Positions 1 through 10,515 of a DNA stretch of 64,000 nt are shown piece by piece (the stretch's first letter is position 1; each line of letters opens with the position of its first letter). The stretch is from Gemmatimonadota bacterium. GTDB taxonomy: Bacteria > Gemmatimonadota > Gemmatimonadetes > Gemmatimonadales > GWC2-71-9. Both the position numbers and the translations under genes were made by a program. The DNA is taken from contig JBDHAB010000004.1 of assembly GCA_039588295.1 (NCBI GenBank), positions 64,001-128,000 of the forward strand, in the 5' to 3' direction. A model generated the notes under the pieces. It was not told the DNA's origin. It worked only from the letters and a program-made list of their open reading frames with translations, and did not search any database.

Positions 1-262
1 GCGCGCTGCGGTCGAGGCCGGAGACCGCATGCGTCCTCCCGAGGGATGCCGTAGACGCGACGTCGTCGCGCAGCTCAACGGCCGTTTGGGAATCCGCCAC
101 CACGATCAGGGTGTGCATTCCGCTGCCGGAGGACACCGGCAGCTGCTCGAGCAACGGCCGCAGGATCCAACCCGCCGGTGGCGCCACATAGATGAAAGGC
201 CTTCCACGATCCAACGCCGCTTGGTGCGCGGCATCGAACTCGAGCGCAAACGTCCAGGACAC
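1..262 (-). CDS. 5' part of a gene running off the window; possibly a degenerate DEAD-box/helicase-like N-terminus
   Basis: Hand-translated, absent from the ORF track. GTG at 262 preceded by GAGGGG, open to the window edge: MSWTFALEFDAAHQAALDRGRPFIYVAPPAGWILRPLLEQL...TLIVVADSQTAVEL. The family call rests only on resemblance. Confidence 0.5.
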   Translation of the reverse strand, partial: MSWTFALEFDAAHQAALDRGRPFIYVAPPAGWILRPLLEQLPVSSGSGMHTLIVVADSQTAVELRDDVASTASLGRTHAVSGLDRSA

Positions 263-373
263 GGTCCCCTCGGTTGTCAAAGAAGCGGTGGTGGTACGCG
301 CTACCGAAGGATGGTAGTTTGCACGGGGGCTGAGTGCAACGTCGCATCGGTTTCGTCCCACGAAAGGGCGCGG

Positions 374-1222
374 ATGGCTCGCTGGTGGAACCAGCTTCAG
401 TCCACGGTCTACTCCCGTCTCCGCTGGTTGCCGGAGCTCTATGCCCGAGCGCTGGCCGGGGACGACGAGGAACTGCCGCTGCCCCCGCTCGCCTCGCTCC
501 GGCGGCCGCTGGCCGAGGCGACGGTCGGCATTATCACCGCCGGCGGGGTGCATCTCTCAGCCCAGCAACCCTTCAACATGGAAGATCCCGACGGCGACGC
601 CTCCGTTCGGATCATTCCGAGTCACGCTGACCTCAGCGACCTCCGGATCACGCACGACTACTATGACCACAGCGCGGCCGATAGAGACGTGAACACCGTC
701 TTTCCGCTCGAGCGGCTGCGAGAACTGGCGCGAGCGGGCGAAATCGGTGGAGTGGCGGCGCGGCAGGTGAGCATGATGGGTCACCTTCTTGGTGCCCAAC
801 GTCGGCGTCTCGTAGAACGAAGCGCCGGGGACATCGCCGACGTGTTCAAGGAGGACGCGACCGATCTCGTCCTTGCGACCCCGGGGTGAACAACATGCCA
901 CCGGTCGGTCGGGCTGGTTGCACGCAGGATCGAGGCTGAGGGGATTCCCACGGTGACCGTGAGCGTCGTGCGTAGCATGACGGAGACCTGGCCTGCGCCA
1001 CGGAACGTGTTCGTACGGTTTCGTCTTGGGCTCGTGTTCGGGGAACCGGGCAACGTCGCCCAGCAGCAGACGATCGTGCGGGATTCGCTGCGAGCCGCGG
1101 AGCGAGTCACGAACTCCGGGCAAATGATCGAGCTTCCCTATCGGTGGCGGCGCGAAACGTACCCGCCACCGGTGGGTATCGTGGAGCGCGTACCCAACAC
1201 CTCACGACGGGGGCCGGACTGA
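374..1222 (+). CDS. Selenoprotein B of the glycine/sarcosine/betaine/D-proline reductase family (PrdB-like), Sec at UGA 887-889
   Basis: ORFs 29..889 and 953..1222 share a frame. Reading through TGA gives DLVLATPG-U-TTCHRSVGLVARRIEAEGIPTV, the PrdB/GrdB UxxC signature. N-terminal family motifs are present (ITAGGVH, HDYYDH, DVNTVFPLERLREL). Confidence 0.9.
896..922 (+). promoter_or_regulatory. Bacterial SECIS-like hairpin
   Basis: TGC-C-ACCGGTC[GGTCG]GGCTGGT-T-GCA. The apical loop starts with GG, 17 nt after the UGA. Confidence 0.75.
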
Positions 1223-2409
1223 TGCGGCTGCGCAGTACGGTAACGCTGGGGTTGACCATGGCGACGGCGAGTGTGCCGTGTGGCCCGCTCGTCGCGCAGG
1301 AACGGGAAAGCGCACGGGCGCTTGGGGTGATCACCGGCATCCTCACCCCCGGGCCGCTCAACGCCATCACGGACGTGGCGGGCGTCCGGGTGGGACATGC
1401 GACGGTGGTGCAAGGAGACTCCGTCAACACGGGGGTCACCGCCGTGCTGCCGCACGGGGGCAACGTCTATCGCGACAAGGTTCCCGCTGCCATCGTGGTG
1501 GGCAACGGGTTCGGCAAACTCATGGGGTTCACCCAGGTCCAGGAGTTGGGTGAGATCGAGTCGCCGATCGTGCTGACGTGTACGCTGTGCGTCCCCCGTG
1601 CCGCCGACGCCGTGCTCACGTATCTGCTCTCGCTCCCCGGCAACGAAACGGTCCGCTCGGCCAACGCCGTCGTGGGCGAGACGAACGACGGGGCACTGAA
1701 CCATATTCGCCTTCGGGCTATCACGGCGGACGACGTACTGCGAGCGATCCATGATGCTTCCACCGGTCCGGTGGCACAGGGAAGCGTCGGAGCGGGGCGG
1801 GGCACGCTGGCGTTCGGCTGGAAGGGCGGGATCGGCTCGTCCAGCCGCAGCCTTCCCGAACAGTTGGGTGGCTGGACGGTGGGCGTGCTGGTCCAAAGCA
1901 ACTTCGGTGGCGTGTTGACCATCGACGGCGCGCCCGTGGGCCGTGAACTGGGCCGATACTACTTGCAGGATCGCATCGGAAGCGGGTTATCCCTTCGGCA
2001 GAGAACGCTCGCAACGGGGGCGGGGTCGCGTCGGATCACCGTCGATGCAGCTGACGGGTCGGTGATGATCGTCGTGGCAACAGATGCCCCGGTGGACCAT
2101 CGAAACCTCGAGCGCCTCGCGCGACGCGCCCTCGCGGGTCTCGCGCGCACCGGCAGCGCGATGACCAACGGGTCGGGCGACTACGTCATCGCGTTCAGCA
2201 CGGTATCAGTGCGCGCGCTGGGTACGACTGCAACCGTTCCCAACGGAGCAATGAGTCCGTTGTTCCAGGCCGTGATCGAGGCGACGGAGGAGGCAATCTA
2301 CAACTCGCTCTTCCTCGCAACTACCGTACACGGCTATCGTGGGGTCGGCGAAGCCCTCCCGCTCGATGCCACACGGCAGATCCTGCAACGGTACGGTGTC
2401 GTGCGATGA
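1222..2409 (+). CDS. DmpA/P1 (S58) family aminopeptidase, predicted signal peptide
   Basis: NAITDVAGVRVGH, GNGFGKLMG, GAGRG..FGWKGGIGSSSR, and autoprocessing site NGSGD. TGATG overlap with the upstream gene. Confidence 0.9.
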   Translation: MRLRSTVTLGLTMATASVPCGPLVAQERESARALGVITGILTPGPLNAITDVAGVRVGHATVVQGDSVNTGVTAVLPHGGNVYRDKVPAAIVVGNGFGKLMGFTQVQELGEIESPIVLTCTLCVPRAADAVLTYLLSLPGNETVRSANAVVGETNDGALNHIRLRAITADDVLRAIHDASTGPVAQGSVGAGRGTLAFGWKGGIGSSSRSLPEQLGGWTVGVLVQSNFGGVLTIDGAPVGRELGRYYLQDRIGSGLSLRQRTLATGAGSRRITVDAADGSVMIVVATDAPVDHRNLERLARRALAGLARTGSAMTNGSGDYVIAFSTVSVRALGTTATVPNGAMSPLFQAVIEATEEAIYNSLFLATTVHGYRGVGEALPLDATRQILQRYGVVR

Positions 2410-3638
2410 GCGTATCTCCGAGCCCCGCGCCATTCTCGCGGTCGAAGAACCTCGTTCACGTCGAGTCCGCGATGCTGCTCGAGGTGAGGCGTGATATCGA
2501 GCGACGCCGCTCCGCGAACGAAGAGGTCATCGATCTCTCGACCGAAGAGCCGGGCTTTGAGCTCCCGCGGCTCGCGGCCGATGCAGCCGTGCGGTCCATC
2601 CAGCAGGGCAAGACGCGGCTCACCGATGCGGCGGGTATCATGGAGCTTCGCGCGGCGGCGGCCCGGCACTGGTCGTTGCTGTCGGCCGGCCGTCCGGTCA
2701 ACGCGGATCACATCGTGGTGTCGACCGGCGCACGGCACGGCGTGTTCAACGCCAGTTTCGTATTGTTCGAGTCCGGTGACCGGGTCCTCGTACCGACGCC
2801 GGCGTGGCCACCCTATCAGGCGCTCGTGCGACTGGCTCGCGCCACTCCCGTGTCGGTCGCCGGAGATCCCGAGTGGAGTCTCAAGGTCAGTGTCGACGAT
2901 CTGGAGCGCGCCACCGACGCTCGAACGGCAGGATTGCTCCTCAGCTCGCCGACGAATCCGACCGGGGCGGTGTACACCCGGCCCGAGCTGAAGGCGATTT
3001 GCCAGTGGGCTCGCGAACGCGGTGTGTGGGTCGTGATCGATGAGACGTATCGGCGATTGCACTTCGGGTCGGGACCGGCACCGTCGGCGCTCGATCTCCC
3101 CGACGAGTTGGTGGAGCAGGTCGTAGTCGTGTCTGGCTTGGGAAAGACGTATGCTATGACGGGCTGGCGAATCGGCATCACGATCGCCCCGTCGGAAGTC
3201 TCGCGCGCCATGGCCATGCTCCAGGAGTACGTCACGGGCGGGGCATCACAGCCTGCGCAATGGGCCGCAGCGGTCGCGCTCTCCGATGACCGGATCGAGG
3301 CTGAGATCGGGCGGACGTCGGATACGCTTCGCCGCCGCCGAGACGTTGTCGTACAGCTCCTGCGGGACCACCTGCCAGGAGTGGAGTTCGTTGAGCCGCT
3401 CGGGGCCTTCTTCATCTTCTTCCGGGTCGATGGGTTCTTTGGCGAGAAATGCACCAGCGCTCGATTGTTCTGCGAGGGCCTGTTGACCGACTACGGGGTG
3501 GCGTTGGCGCCCGGCGAAGCGTTTGGCGACGGGCGCTGGGTCAGGCTCAGCTATGCCGCGGCGCCGCGGGAGCTCGAGCGCGGATTGGAACGAATCGCCT
3601 CGTTCGGGCGGACGCTCACCAAGGGAGGCGTGTCGTGA
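2406..3638 (+). CDS. PLP-dependent aminotransferase class I/II
   Basis: PTNPTG, IDETY, and SGLGKTYAMTGWRIG (PLP lysine). Confidence 0.9.
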   Translation: MSVSPSPAPFSRSKNLVHVESAMLLEVRRDIERRRSANEEVIDLSTEEPGFELPRLAADAAVRSIQQGKTRLTDAAGIMELRAAAARHWSLLSAGRPVNADHIVVSTGARHGVFNASFVLFESGDRVLVPTPAWPPYQALVRLARATPVSVAGDPEWSLKVSVDDLERATDARTAGLLLSSPTNPTGAVYTRPELKAICQWARERGVWVVIDETYRRLHFGSGPAPSALDLPDELVEQVVVVSGLGKTYAMTGWRIGITIAPSEVSRAMAMLQEYVTGGASQPAQWAAAVALSDDRIEAEIGRTSDTLRRRRDVVVQLLRDHLPGVEFVEPLGAFFIFFRVDGFFGEKCTSARLFCEGLLTDYGVALAPGEAFGDGRWVRLSYAAAPRELERGLERIASFGRTLTKGGVS

Positions 3639-4159
3639 TGGGTGCCAACCGATTCGGCGCGAGAACGGAGTCGCTCGAGGGTCCCCTGCCGCATCTGGAG
3701 TACCGCTGGGACGCTGAGACGGAGATCCTGTCGGGGATGGCCAACGCGGTCGTCGGTCCCCGGGGCCTCACGGGGTCCGTCGAGCTCGAGGATGCGAAGG
3801 GCGCCGTGGTGACACTCGATTTTGCCGGGGGCGTGCTCCGCGGGCTCGAGGTGGTGGTCTGGCCAACGGTGGAATCGGTCGTGGGGCTCGCACCTCCGGC
3901 GGCGGATGAGCAGTGCCGGTTCGTGGTGCCGGCACGGCCGTCCCAGCCCGGCATCGCGGTGCTCGAGGTGGACGTACTCCTCTCGGTGGCCGCAAGCGAG
4001 GACGAATCCGTGATCCACCTAAAGGTTGGACCACGGCGAGGCCGTCGAGCCGTGGCCGTCGCCGATAACCTCCTGATCGAGCTCGACGCCGAGAGTGAGA
4101 TCGCAGGATTCTGGCTGTTGAACGTCCCACCATTTCCGACGACCAGGGAAGCACAATGA
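3638..4159 (+). CDS. Hypothetical protein
   Basis: ATG overlaps the upstream stop after GGAGG. Globular-looking sequence, coupled on both sides. Confidence 0.75.
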   Translation: MGANRFGARTESLEGPLPHLEYRWDAETEILSGMANAVVGPRGLTGSVELEDAKGAVVTLDFAGGVLRGLEVVVWPTVESVVGLAPPAADEQCRFVVPARPSQPGIAVLEVDVLLSVAASEDESVIHLKVGPRRGRRAVAVADNLLIELDAESEIAGFWLLNVPPFPTTREAQ

Positions 4160-5808
4160 CACGGCTCGCGTGGGCAGCTGCAGCTGTGCTCGCGCTGACC
4201 GCGGCCGGGTCGAGCGTGCGAGCGCAGGACGAAGCCGGTGTGCAACTCCTTGTCAACGCGAGATTCTGGACGGGAGATAGTGCACAGCCGTGGGTGGAGG
4301 CGGTGGCCGTTCACAACGGACGGATCGTTGCGGCCGGCAGCCGCGGGGACGTTCGAAGCGTCACAGGCCCGGGCGCCCGGGTGGAGGATCTTGGAGGTCG
4401 ATTCGTCACCCCCGGCCTCATCGATACACATACGCATTTCCAGTACGCCGGTACCCTGCTACTGGGTGTGAACCTCCTCGACGTATCCGATGATGCAACA
4501 TTCAGACGCCGGATCGCCGAGGCGCATGCGCGGCTCCCGGCGGGTTCGTGGATGGTGGGTGGTGACTGGGGTGCGTACGATCTCGAGACGACGTGGATTC
4601 CGGCTCGCGCGCTGCTCGATTCGCTGGTCGGGGCACGTCCCGCGCTGCTGAACAAATGGGATCGCTCGCAGTATCTCGCGAACAGTGCGGCGCTGATGGC
4701 GGCGGGGATGGACTCGCGGATGCATGACGGCGTGCTCTCCCAGGAGGACGCGCAGGTGGTGCGCCGGGTGATGCCTACTCCCTCCTTCGAGCAGCGGCTC
4801 GCCGAAGCTCGTCTTGCGTTGGCCGACCTCGCGCGGCACGGCGTGACCACGATTCACGACATCACCGGCGCCGAGCAGCTGCGCCTGTTTGAGTATCTGC
4901 GCGCGCGAGATTCGCTGACCGTGCGGGTCTGCGCCCGCCCCACCCTCGATCACTGGGAGGACCTCGCGGCCGTTGGCATTCAGACCGGCTACGGCAACGA
5001 ATGGATCTCGATCTGTGGGCTCAAAGGGTTCGTGGACGGCATCATGGGGAATTCATCGGCCATGTTTCGTGAGCCCTATCGTCACCGCCCCGAGACGCGA
5101 GGCCGGTGGCGGACCATGATGTCGCCGGCCGGAACCATGGAGCACATGATCCGAGCCGCGGACTCGGTGGGACTGACACCCCAGATCCATGCGATCGGTG
5201 ACCTCGCAGTCGACACGTTGCTCGACATGTACGCCGAAGCAATCCGTGCCAACGGTCCCAAGGATCGGCGGTTCCGGATGATCCATGCCCAGGTGGTCGA
5301 GACCGATGACTTCGGGCGGTTCGGTGAGCTCGGGATCATTGCCGAGGTCCAGCCGTACCACGCGATCGATGACTTGCGTTGGATGGAGGATCGCATTGGC
5401 GGCCGAGCGAGTGGCGCCTACGCCTTCCGCTCGCTCGTGGATGGGGGAGCGCTCCTTGTATTTGGCTCGGACTGGCCCGGGACCAATGCGTCGTGGTATC
5501 CGGCCGATCCGGTGCTCGGCATGTATGCGGCGGTGGCCCGGCAGACCTTGGACGGGCAACCGAACGGCGGATGGTATCCGGCACAGCAGCTCACGGTGCG
5601 AGAGGCGCTCGACGCCTACACCGTCAATGCGGCGTATGCGGCGTTCGAGGAACGGTGGAAAGGTCGACTGCTTCCTGGCTTTGTCGCCGATCTCGTCGTG
5701 CTCTCCGACGACCTCTTCACCATCCCGCACGCCTCGATCAAGGATGTCCAGGTCGAGGGTACGATGGTCAACGGGCAGTGGGTCTTCCGCCGGGTGCTGG
5801 TGCCGTGA
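4156..5808 (+). CDS. Secreted metal-dependent amidohydrolase (Amidohydro_3/YtcJ-like)
   Basis: Signal peptide, [18 protein letters not shown] and GSDWP motifs. Confidence 0.9.
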   Translation: MTRLAWAAAAVLALTAAGSSVRAQDEAGVQLLVNARFWTGDSAQPWVEAVAVHNGRIVAAGSRGDVRSVTGPGARVEDLGGRFVTPGLIDTHTHFQYAGTLLLGVNLLDVSDDATFRRRIAEAHARLPAGSWMVGGDWGAYDLETTWIPARALLDSLVGARPALLNKWDRSQYLANSAALMAAGMDSRMHDGVLSQEDAQVVRRVMPTPSFEQRLAEARLALADLARHGVTTIHDITGAEQLRLFEYLRARDSLTVRVCARPTLDHWEDLAAVGIQTGYGNEWISICGLKGFVDGIMGNSSAMFREPYRHRPETRGRWRTMMSPAGTMEHMIRAADSVGLTPQIHAIGDLAVDTLLDMYAEAIRANGPKDRRFRMIHAQVVETDDFGRFGELGIIAEVQPYHAIDDLRWMEDRIGGRASGAYAFRSLVDGGALLVFGSDWPGTNASWYPADPVLGMYAAVARQTLDGQPNGGWYPAQQLTVREALDAYTVNAAYAAFEERWKGRLLPGFVADLVVLSDDLFTIPHASIKDVQVEGTMVNGQWVFRRVLVP

Positions 5809-5872
5809 GCCGCGAGGAAGCGCTGGCCACGTGTGCCGGTGACGGACGCTCGATCGGCGAGAAGGTGGGCGA

Positions 5873-6826
5873 CTGACTTCGTCGACTCGACTCCGGCTCG
5901 GCGAGGTGCTGCGGCGCGCGGGCGGCACGGTCGGAGCGGGAGCGCCCCTCACGCATGCGGCCCCGCCCATCAGTGCTCCATTCGCCTCCGCCGACTACGT
6001 GGAAGGCCAGCGAATTGAGCCGATCGCCGTCGGCGGTCCAGTGGAACCCCCGGATGGGGTGGCGTTCCTCGACGGTATTCAGCGGTATGCAGTGGAGGGC
6101 CGCTTCGATGTCCTGCCGGTCGTACGCGGACATGTGGCAGCGGCCGTGCTGCGACGGGAGGGCGGGACGCTCCGCGTCGCCGTCGAAGAAGCCGAGGAAT
6201 TCCTGGTGGTGCCGCTCCAGCGGCTCAGCGCAGAGCAGCGAGGCGCACTCGACGCGGTCGGTCTTCCGATCCACGACAGTCCCGAGTCGCAACGCTCGCA
6301 CCCCATCCTGGATGTGCAGCTATCGGCCAAGGTCGTGGAGCGGCGTCGGGAATCGCTCGAAACGACTGTGGCGAAACGGTATTTGGCGGCTGACGCGGGT
6401 GGGTGGTTGGTCGTGGATGGCACCATCACGACGCTCGGTGAGGTCTTCGAAGACCACCCTCGGGTCTTGGGTCTGATCAAGAGTCACGAGACGCAATTCC
6501 TCGACGGCAACGACCTGGTTGTCGCCCTCACGCTCCCGGCCGAGCACCGAACGAGTGTGTTTGCGCGTTCGGCCGGTACCCGCGCGACGGTGTACACGTG
6601 GTATCTTCGGTTATGGCCGTGGGATGAGCAGGAGCTGCTCCACGGACTGGTTCGCATCGAGCGACCCCCGGCGCGCGACGTCGTGACCGAGGCGACGCGG
6701 CTGAGCGGTTGGCTCCTCGCCGAGCGAGCGCCGCTGTCGGCGCCCGACGGGCGTTGGGACCGTCTGCTCTATCCCATCCACCAAGTGGAGACGTATTTGC
6801 GCGCCAAGGCAGGAGGTTGGTGGTGA
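5873..6826 (+). CDS. nurA: NurA-like nuclease (start uncertain: CTG 5873 or GTG 5906)
   Basis: FLDGIQR, VVDGTI and GLIKSH motifs plus RWDRLLYPI. Lies directly upstream of a HerA ATPase. Confidence 0.75.
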   Translation: MTSSTRLRLGEVLRRAGGTVGAGAPLTHAAPPISAPFASADYVEGQRIEPIAVGGPVEPPDGVAFLDGIQRYAVEGRFDVLPVVRGHVAAAVLRREGGTLRVAVEEAEEFLVVPLQRLSAEQRGALDAVGLPIHDSPESQRSHPILDVQLSAKVVERRRESLETTVAKRYLAADAGGWLVVDGTITTLGEVFEDHPRVLGLIKSHETQFLDGNDLVVALTLPAEHRTSVFARSAGTRATVYTWYLRLWPWDEQELLHGLVRIERPPARDVVTEATRLSGWLLAERAPLSAPDGRWDRLLYPIHQVETYLRAKAGGWW

Positions 6827-8766
6827 CCGCAACCGAGCAGGGGCCCATGATCGGTCGCGTGGTGGCGACCGAGGCGCTACCCGCCGGTCCGCACCAGTTC
6901 CATTTCTGGACGGCGATCGATTCGCCGATCGGAATCGGTGCGATCGTCCGGGTCGATGCGTCGAGCCCGCGCTCCGTGTATGCGGTTGTGATCGATGGCC
7001 GTGCCTACTCGGACCTGGCGACCCCGTTGCACGAGGTCGTCGCCGCACAGGGCGACCCGCGCGGTCAGACCGTGCCGACCCGGCGCACGGAGATCCGTCT
7101 CTGGACCGCCGCTGTCCTGCGACATGAGCCGGAAGAGCCGGTCCAGCCGGTCCCGTTGGCCGAGGTCCGGTTAGCCACCGAGCAGGATGTCGCAATGGCG
7201 TTGCGCATGGACGCGTACATGCGAGCGGAGACGCCGACAGGGGTCCCGATTGGCGTGTACCGCGGCGGCGGGCTCACCGCCCCCGTGCTCGTGGACGCCG
7301 ATTTCCTGCTCGGGCCCGAGTCGGCGCATCTCAACATCAGCGGGGTGTCCGGTCTGGCGACCAAGACAAGTGCGGTCGAGTTCTTCTTGTCGAGCATCTT
7401 CCAACGGTTGCCTGATCACAAGGGGAGCGTCGCGGCGGTCTGTTTCAACGTCAAGGGGCCCGATCTGTGTTTTCTCGACCAGGCCGGTGATCTCGCAGAC
7501 GCCGACCGCGAATTGTATGCGTCCCTCGGTCTCGAGGCTCGGCCGTTTGACCGTGTCCGCTATTTCGCACCGTTCAAGGCCGACGGGGTCAATCTGAACA
7601 CCTTGCGCTCCCATCCCGACGTGGTCGGATCGGTGCAGCCCCTGGTCTGGGGCCTGAGGGAAGTGCTCGGTTACCACGAGGTGCTCCTGAATCGGGACGA
7701 TATCGATGCCAAGGCGGACGCGTTCCTGGATTTCCTCGCGGATCGTGTGCTCGAGAAAGAGTTCCATGACGATTGGGGCGGCACCCATCGCGTGCGGAGC
7801 TTCGCGGACCTCGACAGGCTCTTTCGCAGCATCTTTGACGGTCTCGAGCACGCGGGACGCGGCGACGTCTGGCGGACGCACCACATCGCAACCATACGCA
7901 AGGTGCGAAACCGGTTGCTCAATATCTCGACGCGATGCAGGGGGCTGGTCACCGACGACGGGACGGTGAGCGATCTCCCCTTTGGCGCGTTCGAGGATCG
8001 GGGCATCTACGTCATCGACGTGGCCGGGATGGACCAGGTAGCGCAGGATCTAGTGTTCACGCGCGTCGTATCGATGCTGCGAGACCACTTGGAACGACGG
8101 GATCTCGGCGTCGACAACGTGATCGTGTTCGTCGACGAGCTGAACAAGTACGCCCCAACGGAAGGACCGGAAACCTACGTGCGGAAGATGTTGCTGGACA
8201 TCTCCGAGCGCGGTCGCTACCTCGGATTGGTGCTGTTTGCCACGCAACAGTTTCGCTCCCAGGTGCACCGGCGGGTCGTGGGAAACGCGGGAACGCTCGT
8301 GTTCGGCCGCATGGATATGGACGAGCTGGCGACGCCGGGGTACCAGGTATTGTCGCCGGCGACCAAGATCAAGTTGGCAACGCTTCCGAAGGGTGAGCTG
8401 ATGGTGCGGCATCCGCACTTTACCCAGCCCGTGTTCGTCCGGTTTCCGCGACCGGCGGTTCTCACGGGTCCGGCCGGCATCAAGCGCTTCCCGCCGGTTG
8501 CCGATGTGGGGTTCGAGGACGCGGTGGTGCGGCAGTTGGCCGCGCTCGACAAGCGGGTGCCGGTCGCGCGTGTCAGAGATGCGATCGCCGACCGTCGAGA
8601 GGATGATGTGCGCCGGGCCTTACTGACCACGAGACGGGTTCGCCCGGACGATGTGTTCAGCTACTTCCTTGCGGCCTTGGGTCCAGCGGTGCCCCGCGAG
8701 CACGTGCCGCAGACAGCGCACGCCGCCGCACCGCTGCGTACCGTGGACGATCCCTATGGCACGTAG
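6823..8766 (+). CDS. herA: HerA-family ATPase/DNA translocase
   Basis: N-terminal HAS-barrel-like region, variant Walker A GVSGLATKTS, Walker B VFVDELNKYAP, and ERGRYLG. GTG start after AGGAGG. Confidence 0.85.
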   Translation: MTATEQGPMIGRVVATEALPAGPHQFHFWTAIDSPIGIGAIVRVDASSPRSVYAVVIDGRAYSDLATPLHEVVAAQGDPRGQTVPTRRTEIRLWTAAVLRHEPEEPVQPVPLAEVRLATEQDVAMALRMDAYMRAETPTGVPIGVYRGGGLTAPVLVDADFLLGPESAHLNISGVSGLATKTSAVEFFLSSIFQRLPDHKGSVAAVCFNVKGPDLCFLDQAGDLADADRELYASLGLEARPFDRVRYFAPFKADGVNLNTLRSHPDVVGSVQPLVWGLREVLGYHEVLLNRDDIDAKADAFLDFLADRVLEKEFHDDWGGTHRVRSFADLDRLFRSIFDGLEHAGRGDVWRTHHIATIRKVRNRLLNISTRCRGLVTDDGTVSDLPFGAFEDRGIYVIDVAGMDQVAQDLVFTRVVSMLRDHLERRDLGVDNVIVFVDELNKYAPTEGPETYVRKMLLDISERGRYLGLVLFATQQFRSQVHRRVVGNAGTLVFGRMDMDELATPGYQVLSPATKIKLATLPKGELMVRHPHFTQPVFVRFPRPAVLTGPAGIKRFPPVADVGFEDAVVRQLAALDKRVPVARVRDAIADRREDDVRRALLTTRRVRPDDVFSYFLAALGPAVPREHVPQTAHAAAPLRTVDDPYGT

Positions 8767-9670
8767 GCCGTCGTCGCCGCTGGTGCTGTGCGGCGTCGTC
8801 TGTACGATGCTCGGCGGGGTTCCGCGTGCCGCGGCGGCGCAGGAGAGTATTCTCCTCCGGTACAACCCGCAGCCGGGCGCATGGGTGCGGCAAATCTGGT
8901 GGTCCGAGGTTACCAGCACGATTCTCGACGAGGGAGGCGGAAAGGGGGACCTGAGTGTGGAGGCGGTGGGCGTCCAGAGCATTACGTCTCGGGTTCTCGA
9001 GATCGACGACAATCGCCGGGTGCTCGAGGTGACGCGCGACTCGCTGCGTGCGCGGGTTCGACAGTTCGGTGGCATCTGGAGGACCTCGGCGGATACGAGC
9101 GGCCCGAAACCGAGTGCGCAGCTCGTTGTGGATGATCGACTGCGGGTAACGGATCTTCGGGCGCCGGCTGGCGTCAGCCTGTCCCGCCGGCACCGGGAGA
9201 CCCTCCGCGCATTCGCGGCTGGATTCGAGTTGGCCCTCCCGGAGCAGCCGATCACCGTTGGACAGACCTGGTCCGCCGACGTCATCTACCCGATCGACGA
9301 ACCCCTGGGTGTGGAGGACGAACCGGATATCGCGACGTGGTTCTCACGGTGGGATGACATCGTCGCGCGCTCGACCTTTCAGCTCGACAGCCTCGTACCG
9401 CGCGGGACCGATACCCTGGCCTATCTCCGAGTCCAGGGGCGGTTTGTGCCCGCGACCATCGCCCCCCCCGCGGAGCTTTCGGCGGGACGAGCGCGATTGG
9501 ACGGTACCTTTGGTGGAACGCTGATCTGGTCGACCAGTTGGAACGCGTTCGTGTCGGGAGCCGTTCGCAGCCTGGTGGGCATGACGGCGTTCCAGGGGCC
9601 GCCGGAGCAAGAGCGTCCGGCCTTCACGCTCCGCCTGGACATCATCAGCCGGCTGCAGGTGCGTCTATGA
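8756..9670 (+). CDS. Secreted hypothetical protein (paralog A)
   Basis: Signal peptide ending AAAAQ, beta-rich. Shares LRY/FxPQ, LPxxPV/IxxGxxW, DSxVxRxxDTLAYL and WSTxW with the next gene. Confidence 0.8.
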   Translation: MARRPSSPLVLCGVVCTMLGGVPRAAAAQESILLRYNPQPGAWVRQIWWSEVTSTILDEGGGKGDLSVEAVGVQSITSRVLEIDDNRRVLEVTRDSLRARVRQFGGIWRTSADTSGPKPSAQLVVDDRLRVTDLRAPAGVSLSRRHRETLRAFAAGFELALPEQPITVGQTWSADVIYPIDEPLGVEDEPDIATWFSRWDDIVARSTFQLDSLVPRGTDTLAYLRVQGRFVPATIAPPAELSAGRARLDGTFGGTLIWSTSWNAFVSGAVRSLVGMTAFQGPPEQERPAFTLRLDIISRLQVRL

Positions 9671-10512
9671 GCGGACGCGTCCTCGTGGCGACCGCGGCGC
9701 TCCTGGCCACCGGATTGCCGGCCGTCGCGCAAACGAGTGTCCGGCTCCGGTTCGCTCCGCAGAGGGGCGTGGCGATGCAGCGGGTGTTCCAGACGCACAC
9801 CCGCTTGTCGCTGCCCGCCCAGGACGCGGGGGTGATGCAGGTCCGGGAAGTCGGGTACGTGGGTGGCGCGACCCAGTCGATGCTCGGTAGGCGGCGCCAG
9901 GAGTCGGTCGTCCACGTCAACCTCGATTCGTTGCGGAGTCGCATGCGTGAGGCCGGCGGACCGTGGCGCGAGGTTCGCATGGCGGGGCTCGACTCCGTGT
10001 GGATGCAGGTGACATTGGACGAACAGATGCACGTGCTGCGCCAGGCTGCGGCGACCGCGGGACTCGGGCGCGACTTGCTCTTGCAGCTCCTCACCGGGGC
10101 ACCGGGGCTCGTCGTCCCGGCACGACCGGTGCGCCGTGGTGAGCAATGGCGTGCGGAACTCGACGTGGGACTTGGCGACGTTGCGCTCGGAGCGCCCGCG
10201 TCGGGGCCGGAGCGGTTGAGCGTTCGCGCGACCGTCGTGGTCGACAGTATCGTGGCGCGGTCACACGACACGTTGGCCTACCTGTCACTCCGCGGGCCCG
10301 TGGAGCCGAGGGGCGTTTCCGCACCGGGAGGACGAACGCTGCGTTACGCGGGAGGGATGACCGGCGGAGTCGTCTGGTCGACGGGTTGGGGTGGCGTCGT
10401 CTCAACGGCTATCAGGTTCGAGCTGCGGATCGACGCCCCCGCCGCCCCCGGCGACCGGACTACGCGTCCCGTGACCATCGAAACCACGATCCGACACGCT
10501 GTGGTCCCGTGA
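9667..10512 (+). CDS. Secreted hypothetical protein (paralog B)
   Basis: Signal peptide ending AVAQ, ATGA overlap, paralogous to 8756-9670. Confidence 0.8.
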   Translation: MSGRVLVATAALLATGLPAVAQTSVRLRFAPQRGVAMQRVFQTHTRLSLPAQDAGVMQVREVGYVGGATQSMLGRRRQESVVHVNLDSLRSRMREAGGPWREVRMAGLDSVWMQVTLDEQMHVLRQAAATAGLGRDLLLQLLTGAPGLVVPARPVRRGEQWRAELDVGLGDVALGAPASGPERLSVRATVVVDSIVARSHDTLAYLSLRGPVEPRGVSAPGGRTLRYAGGMTGGVVWSTGWGGVVSTAIRFELRIDAPAAPGDRTTRPVTIETTIRHAVVP

Positions 10513-10515
10513 ACC

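Noticed and set aside
29..373. N-terminal extension of ORF 29..889
   Set aside because: It overlaps a better minus-strand gene (<1-262), and family similarity begins after ATG 374.
887..889. TGA read as a nonsense mutation or pseudogene
   Set aside because: It falls exactly at the family's Sec position and is followed by a SECIS-like hairpin.
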